This document shows positions 1 to 13,737 of a DNA stretch of 64,000 bases, piece after piece (the stretch's first letter is position 1; each line of letters begins with the position of its first letter). A model generated the notes under the pieces. That model made no database searches. It worked only from the letters and a program-made list of their open reading frames with translations, and was not told the origin of the DNA. The DNA is taken from assembly GCF_009914755.1 (NCBI RefSeq), contig NC_060926.1. One strand, written 5' to 3'. Source of the stretch: the human T2T-CHM13v2.0 reference genome, Homo sapiens. The position numbers and the translations under genes were made by a program.

Positions 1-1130
1 GGACATAGGCACGGGCAAAAATTTCATGATGAAAATGCCAAAAACAAAGCAATTGCAACAAAAGCAAAAATTGACAAATGGGATCTAATTAAACTAAAGA
101 GCTTCTGCATAGAGAAGGAAACTTTCATCAGAGTGAACAGACAACCTACAGAATGGGAGAAAAATTTTGCCATCTGTCTCTCTGACAAAGGTCTAATATC
201 CAGAGTCTTTAAAGAACTTAAATTTACTGGGGCGAGGGGGGAAGAAAACATTAAAAAGTGGGCAAAGGGCATGAACAGACACTTCTAAAAAGAAGACATA
301 CATGCAGCCAATAAACACATGAAAAAAAGCTCAACATCACTCATCATTAGAGAAATACAAATCAAAACCACAATGAGATACCATCTCAAAATAGTCAGAA
401 TGGCTATTAGTAAAAAGTCAAAAAGCAATAGATGCTGGCGAGGTTGCAGAGAAAAAGGAGCACTTTTACACTGTTTGTTAGTAAGAATGTAAATTAGTTC
501 AACCATTGTGGAAGACAGTGTGGTGATTCCTCAAAGATCTACAGGCAGAAATACCATTTCACCCAGCAGTCTTATTACTACATATATACCCAAAGGAATA
601 TAAATAATTTTGTTATAAAGATACATGCACATGTATGTTCACTGCAGTACTATTCACAATAGCAAAGATATGGAATCAACCTAAATGTCCATCAATGACA
701 GACTGGATAAATAAAATGTGGTACACATACACCATGGAATACTATGCAGCCATAAAAAGGAACGAGATCATGTCCTTTGCAGGGAGATGGATGGAGCTGG
801 AAGCCATTATCCTCAGCAAACTAATGTAGGAACAGAAAACCAAATACTGCACGTTCTCACTTATAAGTGGGAGCTGAATGGTGAGAATACATGGACACAT
901 GGTGGGGAACAACACACACTGGGGCCTGTCAGAGCGCAGAGGATGGAAGGAGGGAGAGCATCCGGAAGAATAGCTAATGGATGCTGGGCTTAATACCTAG
1001 GTGATGCGTTGATATGTGCAGCAAACCACCATGGCACATGTTTACCTATGTAACAAACCTGCACATCTGGCACATGTACCCCTGAACTTAAAATAAAAGT
1101 TGAAGAAAAATAATAATGAAATAAAAAAGT
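1..1130 (+). mobile_element. LINE-1 3' portion (L1PA/L1PB-type): decayed ORF2 C-terminus and 3'UTR
   Basis: ORF 635-829 (IAKIWNQPKCPS...WYTYTMEYYAAIKRNEIMSFAG) resembles the L1 ORF2 C-terminus; L1 3'UTR ends aataaaagtt plus A-rich tail. Confidence 0.93.
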
Positions 1131-1544
1131 AACCACTAACATATGTCAAAAAAGAAAGAAAAGTTTTGTCATCATATTTAGATTTGTGAACAGTATTTGT
1201 AAACATTAATTGTTTTTAAAAATTGTTTAGCCTATAGACAAGCACGTCGTTTAAAAATATTTTTCTATAAGCTATAACTGCTTGGTTGACAGCAGACATG
1301 CACGTGACGTCAGCATTATTATCCTGATTTGATAGATGAGAAAACTAAATTGACCTGAAGTTAAGAGGATTATCCAGAATGTTGCATCTGGCGATAGTTA
1401 CTACTTCTAAACTCCTTTTAAAGACCTGTGATTTAGATACCATAAAATACCTGCCACCTGTGAAGAAACAGGATATAAAGTGCATTTTTATACAAAGAGT
1501 AACAGAAGTTGCAATACAGGACACTTTTGTGTTAGTAACTTTAC

Positions 1545-1650
1545 CATGTCGGGCAGCATCGTATTTTGACATGTTAACTCGCAGAAGGAAATTATTCAGG
1601 CTGTTGAGGTAAGCTGGAAGGGAGTGATAGCCTTCTGGATCATACCATAC
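1545..1650 (-). CDS. ABCA12: ABCA12 exon 39 (106 bp): VWYDPEGYHSLPAYLNSLNNFLLRVNMSKYDAARH(G)
   Basis: atag|GTATGG ... CATG|gtaaag; phase 0-1. Confidence 0.95.
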
Positions 1651-2879
1651 CTATTAAATTCCAAAAGAAGGCAAGATCAATATTGCATTCAAATAAATTA
1701 GGCTGTCTTAACATCTGACAGCTATCTTATTTATATTTAAAATAAGAGCATCAATTTTCCAATAATTTATTTTATCTTGGAAGATTATGCACTGTTCTCT
1801 AGAGTACTGACCATAGGCCTATAAATTTCCAATTTAGAAACAGGCAGAAATTGGGAAGAGAGTTGTTCTGTGGATAGCACTAAATTATTAGTTATTCAGG
1901 ATCTCTTCTAGGCAAAGCTTGAAATAAACTGGAGAAATCATTATCTACATCCCTGTGGCAGATCCATGGGATTCTGAGACTAGAACTAAGGTATCCTGGC
2001 TGCCAATAATGGTAATAAAAACTAATGGAATAGACCAAGCTGGAGAAATAAATAAAATACATATACACGCATGGTGTCCTTAGCACAAGATTGAAAGCCT
2101 TGACATTCCTCCACTAATTTTTGATTCCTAATTATAACCTACCAAATGGGGCGCGATTTTACCTTCTATGTCATAAACAGAGAGATTTAATATACTGGTG
2201 AACCTCAATTCAAGAAACCCAATTACTAATTCAAAATAGCAAAGTTGATTTTGAGAGAAATGATTTTATATTAGAAATTCACATGTTTGTGCAAGAATAT
2301 TTACTGTGTGTGTGGAGAGAGAGAAGAGAGGAAGAAAGAAAAGGAAAGCACTGAAATCCCCAGCACCACTAATTACTTTCTATATGATTTACTGTAAAAA
2401 TCAGCTAAAATAGACTCAGGAATATTTATCACACAGGGATGCTGTGAGCAGAAAATTAGGTAGTTTGTGTAAAAGATGATACTCGTGGTTGGCACATAAT
2501 CATCATGAAATGGACATTAGTTCCCCCACTTTCCCAAAGACTGTGTATGTCTCTTACTACCAGATGAGAAATATGTGTAGACAATTTTAAATCCCTATGA
2601 CTACCATTGATCACATACGTAAGAATATGCATCTGATCCCGTGACTCTACCTCATTTTAGGTATAATCTAAAAGGAAAAATAAGTGAGCAGAATTATTTA
2701 TCTCCATTAAATTTGGTTAAAGTTTCCAGGTTCTTTAAGAAGCAAGGCTAAACATATACATTTTCATTTCTAAATAGTTTTGACGTATACACAAGAAAAG
2801 TGCAGGTAATAAAGTATAGTGTTACCAAAAAAATTCTGAAGGAAGTACATCCCTTAAACTATACACGGGTTGAGAAATA

Positions 2880-3330
2880 AGAATTGCCAGCCTCCAGAAT
2901 GCCTTTTCCCTGACCCTCTGTGTCCTTCCAAATCACAATACCCTCCCTTTCCCCTAAACAAACGGTTGAGTTTTGCCTATAAACTCTCAAAGTTTACAGT
3001 AAATGTAATCATAGTCAATGTATTCCTTTTTGTCTTTTCTTTCCTTATTAATAATGTTTGGGAGATTTAACTTGCTTGTTACATGGAGCTGAGTTCTTTC
3101 ATTTCCATTGCTGAAAGTTTTATTGAATGAATATGAAACAGTTTATTTCTATATTCTGCATGTGGGCATTTTGGGTTGCGTTTTTGGCTATTATGAGAAA
3201 TGCTACTATGTATACACATTTGTACGTGTGTCCTGATGCTAATGTGTACATGCTTCCCTAGGGTACATACACAGAATTGGAACCACTGTGCCCTGGGTTA
3301 TGCACAATGCCAAATCGATTGTACCCATAT
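2880..3330 (-). mobile_element. Old L1M-type 3' fragment
   Basis: Diverged antisense L1M-like text (ttttggctattatgagaaatgctactatg...tgtacatgcttccctagggtacatac); boundaries approximate. Confidence 0.55.
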
Positions 3331-3416
3331 TTTGTTTTCACTTCATGAAAATGATTAAACATATCAATTTCACCTTCTCATTTGTATAACATTCCAGAAA
3401 AAAGATCAAAATTTAC

Positions 3417-3504
3417 CTTGGCAAGTGTTCTATTGGCAGGGACTCCTGTTATATCAAAACGAAGGTCTTTTGTCAAAGGCAGCCCAAAACTCCAACCTCC
3501 ATAT
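3417..3504 (-). CDS. ABCA12: ABCA12 exon 38 (88 bp): (R)YGGWSFGLPLTKDLRFDITGVPANRTLAK
   Basis: ctgtag|ATATGG ... CAAG|gtaaat; phase 2-0; RYGG motif conserved in ABCA ECD2. Confidence 0.95.
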
Positions 3505-4969
3505 CTACAGAGAGTAATAAAAATATATCTTTGGTTTAGTGGAGAAAATCTTCTTAAATAGATCTAAAATACTTAACGAGGAGCTCAACTTTTTGTTTCT
3601 GTTAGGAACACATTTACAGTATAAAATGAATACTTCCTGACAAATATTTTACATTTCTATCAATTCTTTTTATCATATTTCAGTCTCAAGTGTACATTAT
3701 AACTAGAGGCAATAAGTCCTAAACAATTGCATATGTTTAGTAGTCATCCTGAAAATGAGTGGCATATAATGTAATCAATTTCTCCAACTTAACTGACCCA
3801 TCTACCATCTCAAATATCTTAATATTTTAGTACTCAAATATTCCTTTTAGGTAATTAATATGGAAGTGATATAATATCAGTTCATATCTTTTTTCAAATG
3901 GCTCAATTTCTTCTATATAACAAATTTTCCCCTATATTGTCCCCAGACATTATACATTTTTTCTCCCTGAATATTTGAGGGCAAGTTGGGTCTTGTCAAT
4001 TCATGTCAACTGCTTGTCAATTCATGGTATAAAAACGAAAAGTTGATTTTTAAAATCCAAGTAGTAATTTTAAGAATAGGTTAATTTAACTGCCTACCAA
4101 ATTAAGGACAGACTAAATAAATAATGGTGCAGTCACACTAGAATAATCTTGTGACTGTCATCCTAAATGTAGTGCTATAGAGCTATATATTTTTGACATG
4201 CAAATAACATCATAGTATGTAATTCACTTTTTTCAAAGGCAGATTTTAAGACAGTTGGTTTATAATAAAACCCATTTTGTTAAAAATATTTACATGTATA
4301 TCTGTGACAAACTTCTGGAAGGATATACACCAAAATATCAATAGTGCTTATATCTGTGTGGAGAAATAATATTCTTTTTCTTCTTTTTGCTTATCTGTAG
4401 TTTCTAATTATTTTTTACAATGAATATTAATCATGGATATATATTGAGAAACAAAGGAGGGAAGAGATGGAGGAAAGAAGAAAATGGCAGCAATTGAAGG
4501 TCTACCAACTTTGTGTCCATGACAAATGCTTGGGTGGCTTAAGTACAAGCACATTTCCTTGCTACACATGAACAACACATTTTGTCCATATGCAGATATC
4601 ACACTCTTAAGTTTTGAGATATTCATATTGGAACTGAGGCCAATTGTCATCAAAAGTCATGCCTTAAACCTCTCCAAGTTGGTATAAGTCAGTCAATAAA
4701 TTCCCTTTGGCTTCAAGGAAAAAAAAAATATGTACAAATTTAACAGTACATTTTTGAGGCCTAATATAACCATTGGTTTTCCATTTGCTCAAATAAATCT
4801 TAATTTAGAGTCATTATTTACATTTCAATATATAAGGCTGTTTAAATAAAACTGAGAATTTAACCATGTAAAATGTAAACAATAGAAATTTGTATCTATT
4901 GTCTCTTTAGAAGGCAGCTACCATTAAAATTAGCAAGCAATTAAATATGTTATAAACAGATTATTTTAC

Positions 4970-5097
4970 CTTTTTTGGACAAACTCATTTGCAGTTGATA
5001 TAAGATAATTTTCCACTCGTTGCCCAGTGAGGTTATAAATTACCTGGGATGAGTAAGTTCTTCTGTGCGGTGGGGAATAGTTAAATTTAGGACATTC
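4970..5097 (-). CDS. ABCA12: ABCA12 exon 37 (128 bp): ECPKFNYSPPHRR...NEFVQK(R)
   Basis: ccag|GAATGT ... AAAG|gtaaaa; phase 0-2. Confidence 0.95.
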
Positions 5098-6049
5098 CTG
5101 GAAAATAAAGTTAAAAATGAATTTTTTTCTGGCCAATGCTGTGCAAGTTAAATAGACAATGTCAAGGAGCTTCAGTCTCATGATTTGTCTATTACTGCAA
5201 CTGGTAGAGTGTGATAAGACTGTCCTTTGACTCTAAAGAGCTTTGAAAAAGAAGTCATCTCACCTACACCAAGAAATTAGAACAAATAGTTATTATTCAT
5301 GTAGAGCAAATCCCTATGTTTAGGACTCACTTAAAGGCCTGGAAGAACACAAGTTAACAAATGTGTGATATTTCCTTCACTGTGCTGAGGCTTAATATGT
5401 TTGGACAATAATGTTAAACATTAAGATGATAAAATTTCCTCAATAATTCTCAAGGAAGGAAAAAAATATTTGCCACAAATTGAAAATATAACACTTTTCA
5501 AGGATTGATAGCAGTGGATGAAAAGTTTATGATACATTAGTTTTAGTATGCAACCTAAGACTCAGCTTAGTTATATGTATATTAGTTAATATTATATATG
5601 TATATATGTGTGTATATATATTAGTTTGATATACATAAACTTTTAGTTTGGGATTATTTTAGATTTACAGAAAAGTCACAAAGCTAGTGGAGAGTTCCTG
5701 TGTACCCTGGTCACTTTCCCTTGTGGGTACTTATATTACCAAGTATATTTGTTTAGAGCTTAGTTTAACCATTTATATTTATGCCTGTAACTTTCTTTGC
5801 TTCCTGACAACTTAATTTTCAGTGTAGCTTCTCATGCTTCATTGCAATGAAGTTTAGTATGGGAAAAGTCTAGCACGTTTTTATAGTGCCACCTGTCTAT
5901 CTCAAGAACATAAAGTTCCAGCTTGCTCTAAAGAAAATCGGTGCTGGATTTTATCTTATATCAAGTTATATCAACATGAAGATCACATTCCAGAGTGACA
6001 CTGCTTTCACAAATAATTAAAAGAGAATACTCTTATGTATTCGTGTAAT

Positions 6050-6930
6050 TTTTAAATTATACTATACATAGAGAAATGCACATGTATTATCTGTACTGCC
6101 TGATGAATTTTGACAAACTGACACACCTGTGTAACCAGTCACCAACAACCAAGACAAGATACAGAACAGGACCCATACCTCAGAAGCCCCCTCATCACAC
6201 TCCCTTCAAATTACTATCACTCCCAAAGTAACAGACACAGCGTAGTTTTGCCTATTTTTATATTTTATATTAATGGAATAGTATAAATGTGTTTTCTTGT
6301 GTCTGGTTCTTTTCACTCATTATTATGATTATGAGAATCTTCCATATGTTATGTATGGTGGTCGATCAATCATTCTCATTTTGTTTATATACTACTGTGG
6401 AAATATATTGTATTTGACATTACCTATTCTGTTAGTGAGCATTATTCACATTTCTGATGGGTATATAGTAAGAGTGGAATTGCAGGTCCCACAGATATGC
6501 AAATTTTTACCATTGGGATATATTGCCAAGTAGTTTTAAAAACTGTTTGCACAAAATTAAATTCCCAGAGCAGAATATGAGAGTTCTGGTTGCTGCATAT
6601 TTTTGTTAACACTTAGAATTTTTCCTCTTCTTCATTTTAGCCATTCTGGTGAGTGTGGAGTGGTATTGCTTTGTGCCTTAAATTTGTATGTCCCTGATGA
6701 CTACCTTTTTATATATTTATTGGCCATTTGGATATGCTCTTTGTACAGTGTCTCATGTTTGTTGCTAATTTTTCTGCTGTGTTATTTATCTTTTTCTCAT
6801 TGATTTGCAGTTCTTTATACACACGTTTATTCTGGATATGAGTCCTTTGTTGTATATTGTGAATATCATTCTCTACTCTGTGGATTTCCTTTTTACTCTC
6901 TTCATCTTTTGATGTATATACAGTATAATT
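6050..6930 (-). mobile_element. Old L1M-type fragment
   Basis: Antisense L1-like text (cattttagccattctggtgagtgtggagtggtattgctttgtg...ttattggccatttggatatgctct); boundaries approximate. Confidence 0.7.
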
Positions 6931-7095
6931 TTTTTTCTCTCTCAAAAAACTTAGTACTTTATCCATATTGTATGTCTGGTATACAGAGCATCAATTATGC
7001 AAAGTGACCTCATTGTTATTAAATAGTTGGAAATAGATTTAGGGATGTTAATTAAATGACAAAATTGGTTGGAAAAAATTGAAGATCTACTGGAT

Positions 7096-7398
7096 TTTTA
7101 ATTTATTTTAATTTATTTATTTTGAGACAGGGTCTCTCTCTGTCACCCAGGCTGGAGTGCTATGGTGCAATCACAGCACTGCAGCCTTGACCCCGTGGGC
7201 TCAAGCCATCGTCCCACTTCAGCCCCACCAAGTAGCTGGGACTACACGTGCACACCACTACACCCAGCTAATTTTTAAATTTTTTGTAGAGATGAGGTCT
7301 CACTGTGTTGCCCAAGCTGGTCTCGAACTCCTGGGCTCAAGCAATCCTCCCACCTCCCAAAGTACTGGGATTACAGGCATGAGCCACTGCACCTGGCC
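7096..7398 (-). mobile_element. Alu (AluJ-like)
   Basis: Antisense dimeric Alu, tttgagacagggtctc...cctggcc. Confidence 0.93.
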
Positions 7399-7552
7399 TA
7401 GATTTTTCAGATTAATAAAAACTATACCAATGTCAATTTTAAATATTAAGTTAGGTAACTTTTCCTGTGAACTAAAGAAATACATAAAGAACTTCTGAAG
7501 TTAGCTAAATTAGATAAAGGATTTTAAAACTTTTAATACTGGGTTAAGACTA

Positions 7553-7821
7553 ATTTTTTTTTCCACCCAGGCTGGAGTGCAGTGGTACAGCCTTGAACTC
7601 CCAAGGCTCAAGCTATCCTCTCACCTCAGCCTCCTGAGTAGCTGGGACCACAGACGCGTGTCACCATGCCCAGCAAATTTTATTTTACTTTTTATATTTT
7701 TGGTAGAGATGGGGTTTCACCATGTTGCCAAGGCTGGTCTTGAACTCCTGAGCTCAAGCAATCCACCAGCCTCAGCCTCCCAATGTGCTGGGATTACAGG
7801 CTTGAGCCATCACACCTGGCC
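7553..7821 (-). mobile_element. Alu (AluJ-like) with target-site duplication
   Basis: Antisense Alu; aagactaattttt on both sides (7546 and 7822). Confidence 0.92.
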
Positions 7822-8645
7822 AAGACTAATTTTTAAATATGCAGGGATTCCAAAAGATTCTTTTTGGGTCCCAACTCTTATTGTTAGTATCTATTTTGCA
7901 TGAGAACACCAAAATGGGTTGCATTCACTGAAGATATTTTCATTATAAACTATTATACCAAGACACTTCAGTGTACAACCATATGTCACTCTGAAGAAAA
8001 TATTGCAAGAAATTTAGTTGGCAATATAGTAACTATTAGAAACTAATAGTGACCTTTTTTCTTCAACAATCTTGAACTTCTCTAGTGAATGTGGTTCTCG
8101 TACAAGTGTGGTGAACTGATAGGCTTAGAAAACTAAGGTCCGCATCAATAGAATACAGACAGAGTAAGTGATGAATAATTTTTTTGTTTTTTCAGGAAAT
8201 GATTTTTTTCCTGAAGCCTGGAGGTGTTGCTTAGAGACACATGGAGTTCTGTTCTAGACTTATACATTATTGACTTCCCAGCTGACCACTACAGTGGCAG
8301 TCTTGCTATATTTCAAATATGACAGTTATGGTCGCATTTTTTCCTGTGAAGCATAGAGCCTTCTACTTAGTTCTAAATTGAGACCAAAAATTCATTTTCG
8401 GTTGGTTTCCACAAAGACCATCATAGAATTACCTACCTTTGGAAATTGGTCCTGAGATGGATTTAAAACAGTAAGCTGATGTTCAAAGTCAGTATTTTTT
8501 GAGCTGCCCAGATCCATATTTCTGAGCTACTAGCTTCCATAAAATGAACTTATACTGATTCTTTGGTAACCTAGAGAGATCTTTCGAGCTTTCGATATTT
8601 ATTCCCGTATTTTTCCCATTTCACTGAAACTGAATTCCATCTTAC

Positions 8646-8739
8646 CTGGACATTTTCTGAGCAGGAGCAAACACCAAAATTAGTGATGGGTTCTCCACTG
8701 GTGTTCCATTTTTCCAGACTGTCTTTGTTTAAACACTGT
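8646..8739 (-). CDS. ABCA12: ABCA12 exon 36 (94 bp): (L)QCLNKDSLEKWNTSGEPITNFGVCSCSENVQ
   Basis: ttgcag|ACAGTG ... CCAG|gtaaga; phase 2-0. Confidence 0.94.
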
Positions 8740-9169
8740 CTGCAAGTTAAAATGATATTGCTGTGAGGTGTGTATGTATATGTGTTCTCATGTTTACATA
8801 TGAGCATGTAAACAAGTATTTGGTATTAAGTTCATGTGTGTAGTCACAGAACAATTTACTGATTTTTCATAACTTCAGTGTACATTGCTCCACCATTTCC
8901 AAATGATTTGACGTTTTGTGATGGGGGACAAGGGAGAGCATTTATTGATTACATAGTATTGAGACCAGTGCTTATTGAATTGTCTTACTGTGTCAGGATG
9001 GGGTTTCTTCTCTCCTTTATACTCTTTGCAGAGAGGAAGGGATACTTTAGCATAATAATACACCAAGGTCATGTTTACATGAGTTGTGTATTAATACTAT
9101 CTTAGATGTTCAAATAAGCAACACTATATAGTGCAAATGAGAACTGGAGTCTCAGCTAGATAAGTATCT

Positions 9170-9260
9170 TGGTCTCTGTGGGCCTCAGTTCTTTATCTGT
9201 AAAATGGGATTAATAATCCACAAGATTGTGATAATTAAATGAAAATATGTATACAAGAGA
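9170..9260. mobile_element. MIR fragment
   Basis: ctctgtgggcctcagttctttatctgtaaaatgggattaataat resembles the MIR core. Confidence 0.65.
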
Positions 9261-9474
9261 GTTGTACAAATCATAAGACATCTAATATTGATTGGTATAG
9301 CATAGGATAACTAAGAAATGAACTAAAGGAGATAGACAAAATCTGTTAAACAGGGATTTCTATCAGGGTACAGCTTTCTTCCAGGCAAATAACAGACACA
9401 CACACCCACATACACATGCACACACTCAAACTGGAATGCTGAAAACAAAAAATAGAAGAGCAAGAACCACTTAC

Positions 9475-9561
9475 AGATCACTGGTGTTCAGACACATGTT
9501 GTCAATTCCAGGGAAGTCCCACATTGCTGAGACAAGTGCTTCCGTGCTCGGGTGATAATTA
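9475..9561 (-). CDS. ABCA12: ABCA12 exon 35 (87 bp): (A)NYHPSTEALVSAMWDFPGIDNMCLNTSD(L)
   Basis: ttgcag|TAATTA ... GATCT|gtaagt; phase 2-2; not in the ORF track, read by hand. Confidence 0.94.
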
Positions 9562-9660
9562 CTGCAATATGAAAGGACAGAAACAAATTCATGATTTTTC
9601 TACTAGTCTCCCATATTAAAATCATGCTTGAAGAAATGAAATGTGCTGTATATAGAAGGG

Positions 9661-9960
9661 TTTTCTTTTTCTTTTTTGAGACAGAGTCTTGCCGTGTTGC
9701 CCAGGCTGGAGTGCAGTAGTGCAATCACACGGCTCAATGCAACCTCAGCCTCCCGGGTTCAAGCGATGCTTATACCTCAGACACCCGAATTGCTGATATT
9801 GCAGGTGATTGCCACCAGGCCTGGCTAATTTTTGTATTTGTAGTAGAGACGGGGTTTTGCCACGTTGGCAGGATGGTCTCAAACTCTGGAGCTCAAGTAA
9901 TCAGCCCACCTTGGCCTCCCAAGGTTCTAGGATTACAGGCGTGAGCCACGGCACTCAGCC
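9661..9960 (-). mobile_element. Alu (diverged)
   Basis: Antisense dimeric Alu. Confidence 0.92.
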
Positions 9961-10481
9961 TAGGACTGTTTTCTTAATCTAAGAAATCTGAAAAAAGACA
10001 CAGTCTCAGGAAAAGAAAGAAAGGTATCACAGGAAAATGCACATGTCTCTGTTTGGCTGCCTTCTTATTCACCTAATTGTCACATGCATCAGTGATCACC
10101 TATTGTATATGTAACATTATATTACACAGGATTCTGACATTGCTATTTAATATTTGTGAGACCAATAAAAAGTTATTTGCTGTATATTACAACAGATTGG
10201 GAAGCCATACCTAGCCTGGATTTCTTAATTAAAGTCGTCATTATAAATAAATATCTACTATAACTTTAGTTTTAGATGAATGCAAAAACTCTGAAAAAAA
10301 CTATTTGTTGGCAATAGAAGTAACATATTGCAATCAATCAAACTGTTCATTCCTTTAGCAGAATCAGGTACCATGGCTTCTAAGTACTTTATTCTCCAGA
10401 TCTCATGGCCTTCATTCAGGTACAACCACACTCCTGGAAGCATTTTGGAAACATTCTTTTAGTTAACAGAAAGAAACTTAC

Positions 10482-10734
10482 GCATAGAAGGCTGTCTGTT
10501 CGGAGGTACCATAAAGAGAGGGGGAGATCTGAATCTCTGGATAACTGTTGCTGGAATTTCTCAGTGTGCCAAGGCCCATGGCAGTGGTAACAAAGACGAT
10601 GGGGAGGATAACCTGAGCAATGAGACCTTTCCAGTTCCTGCGGGTGTGGTGGAACCTCTTGATGAGTATAGCCATGATCTTCTTCAGCAACAGTCCAAAG
10701 CCATCCAGCCTCTCTCCTCTTGTCAGGATTTTGT
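10482..10734 (-). CDS. ABCA12: ABCA12 exon 34 (253 bp): (D)KILTRGERLDGFGLLLKKIMAILIKRFHH...TAFY(A); first helix of TMD2
   Basis: aatcag|ACAAAA ... ATGC|gtaagt; phase 1-2; KRF...AQVILP motif. Confidence 0.96.
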
Positions 10735-13012
10735 CTGATTAAGAAAAAGAGATTGGATATGGTTCTGGGAAATCTTGATAAGCAATAAAATAACTTCAGA
10801 AACTATATATAAATGGTATAATACACTGTGGTGGGAAAAGCTTTTAAAGATTTGGATTTGAGGTTCAGCAATGTTATTTCTCAGCCTTAGCCTTGGACCT
10901 TCCATTGGGAAAACTGAGAACTATAATATCCATCTCATATAGAACTGTGTGTAAAGTGATTTGAAAATTCTAATTCACTATACACAAAATAGTATTAATC
11001 ACAGGCATAGTAATTTTACATGTCAAAGTTAGATACCTAGAATTTCATAAATGAATATTGACCTCAAACCCTAAAGTCTCAATGCAGACCCAGTATATAT
11101 TACTAATACTCAAGAGATAGTTTCTATGAAGAGACTAAATACATGTGAGACAAATACAAACTCAAACACCAACCTAATCTAACAATTTGTTCCTATTGTG
11201 AGTAACTTAGTGACTGTAAGTCTAATTGGCTCTGATTCTAACATGAGGTCCAATTAATTCACACTAAGAGTAGGAAAAGGGAAATCCTCTCTTCCAGAGT
11301 ACAATTCTGGTTCAACCACATATTTATTACATTCTCTTTAGAAATTTGGAATGATTATATGGCCTTTCAAAACTCCATTTTTGCCACTAGAGTTATTAAA
11401 AAAAAAGAACTCATTAGAAAAAATATCTACCATCCCCATACTTTGAAATGCTTTTCTAGTGCTGAGAAAAATTCCATGGCAGAGCAGCTATAGAGGCCAT
11501 AAACCATTGCTTCCTCAATAGAGCTCTGTGGCTAATAATTTCAGCACTCCCTCTAAAAACAGGTTCAAATATAGCATTCTCTCCGAAAGCCTGCCACCAC
11601 GCACACCTTCATAGGTGATAAGATGATGGTATTCATCAACTCTGTGTATATTTTAAGTTTTCCATCAGAAATTATGCAGCACAAAAATCATGATCTTCAT
11701 TTAGCTGATAAGAAAAAATACAAAGCTGCTTAATTTAAAATGAATTCCAATTAAACAGAGTGAACAAGTTTAAATGCAAACTCATATCTCTGCAAAAGGG
11801 AACTGTAGAAGGAGCTGAATATTTTCAGTTAATTAGTATGCTTTTCTGTTTCTTGAGAAATTATATGTGGATGACTTACAGGTGTATCAAATGAAATAAA
11901 TGTGCTTTCTAAAAGATAATGTCAATGAAGGGAACATTTGGACTGAAGAATAGTTTCAAATTATAAGACACATGCAGAGGCACATACTTAGCCTTTGCTT
12001 CCTGCAGCAGATGACCACTTTCTAATAAAAGTCCTCAATGCCATGGAGGCCACAATTATATTCCCCAAAAGAAAAGAAATGAGAACTATGACAGAGGACA
12101 AATTAGCCTCCAGTTCCAGAATTATACAAACATCAGAGATTATCTTTCCTGACTTTGAGAGCCAGGCAAATGTTTAATTAAAAGTTCTGTTCCTAGAGAT
12201 TTTTTTCTGTAAGCAAAAACTGTTGAAATGACTACTCCATGATTTATATATCATTTTACTCTATGCTTCCTTAAGTAAATGGTGTTTCCAGAGGTATAAA
12301 TTAACTGTCAGAAAGAGAAGAGACAATAAAAGTTATTTTCAAAAGAGCCCAATCCCACAAAGTCGTGTCAAGCAACATGATTTTTTAAGCATATCCTATG
12401 TTAAGGATTGGGGGAGGAAATCTACTATTACAGACTCTTAGCCATCAAGTCCAAATTAATTAACTCAGAAACTCTCCCCAAAAGCAGTTTCTCAGCACCT
12501 GAAAGACTCAGAGTCACGTAGGTTAGACATGTTTTCCATTGAGGGTACCATAAAGAGCGGCAGCTCCTTTTTTTTCCTTTTTTTTTTTTTTCCTTTTTTT
12601 TATGACTATTGTCTCTACTTCAACATGTCTAATAACAAGGAGTGAACTACCTTACTTGGTAATCTTGTCCATTGTTAGCCCCGATTACAAGAAGAATTTT
12701 ACCTTGCTGAACATGAACTGAAATTGTAGAAGTTACTTCTTGAAAACAATTTCTGGTGGGGAGGTGGAATACTCATCACCATGCTATCAAGAGAGTTCTT
12801 TCACATTCTTCAAAGTACTTTTGAAATAGAGAATTCGATTTGGTTTAATGAATATTTTATATCTTAAAAAAGGAGGCTTAAATTTCCTTAGTGTTTTTTG
12901 AATTTAGAATGAAACTTTAGAGTTGAATTTTTAAAAATCAAAGTCTGTCTGTGATTTTTCTCATTTATGTCATCCATTGGAATTAAACAAAATATCCACA
13001 TTAGATTCATAC

Positions 13013-13163
13013 CATCTCTGTCTGTGAAATTGCTGCTGCTCACAGATAAATCGTCAGGAGTTGAGATGCCATTGGCATTGGAATTCCCAATTTTCTTTTG
13101 TGTTAAGTGCTCAAGACTCATAGCACTATTTTTTTGTGACTCTTTGGTCAAGTTCAGAAAGAC
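13013..13163 (-). CDS. ABCA12: ABCA12 exon 33 (151 bp): VFLNLTKESQKN...NFTDRD(D)
   Basis: ctag|GTCTTT ... GATG|gtatga; phase 0-1. Confidence 0.95.
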
Positions 13164-13500
13164 CTAGAAAGAGAAGCCAGATCACTTCATTAACATGAAA
13201 AGTGCATGTCTTTTCTCATTTCTAAGCTTACCTTTGATTTTGAACTTTTATCACATTTACTGAGACAAATTTTTCCCGTCTGACTTCAAGTGAATATTTC
13301 TGTATGTAAAAGATACGTGCTGTCTAGCTGGGGCAACATTTTATTCTCAGTCTTACATAAGAATAGTACTGAAAAAATGTTAAGCTTTTCTAATTTTGTG
13401 AACTATTTTAAAAATTTTTTTAGAAAAATGGCACATATTTCTTCAAAGGGAACAGCAAGTTATATCAGCTTGAAGAAAAAAAAGAAATATTGAGGTATAC

Positions 13501-13737
13501 CTCCTCCACGGTGGTATCTGAAATGCCGTAGCACCCGATGTTGAGGTCACCCATGCCATTGTCGAGTGCCCGTAGGAGTGACAGGTAGGCCCCTGAGACT
13601 TTGGTGCTGAATGGAGGAAGTACATAAACAAGCTCTCCCCCAATATCCTCCTTGAGGTAGGCTTCGGGGAGATGTGATTGGATCATTGCTGTCACGGCCA
13701 TGGTGTCACATACTGCATTTGCATTTAAATTTGGACT
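13501..13737 (-). CDS. ABCA12: ABCA12 exon 32 (237 bp): SPNLNANAVCDT...YGISDTTVEE; regulatory domain
   Basis: ttag|AGTCCA ... GGAG|gtatac; phase 0-0; YGISDTT-EE motif. Confidence 0.96.

Noticed and set aside
24-993. Short ORFs on both strands
   Set aside because: Frameshifted L1 ORF2 remnants and their antisense frames.
5975-5990. 16-mer catgaagatcacattc also at 55929
   Set aside because: No flanking similarity, 50 kb apart; roughly one such match is expected by chance in 64 kb.
8736-8741. Alternative acceptor cagACAG at exon 36
   Set aside because: A 4-nt shift would break the frame; the upstream AG gives the continuous peptide.
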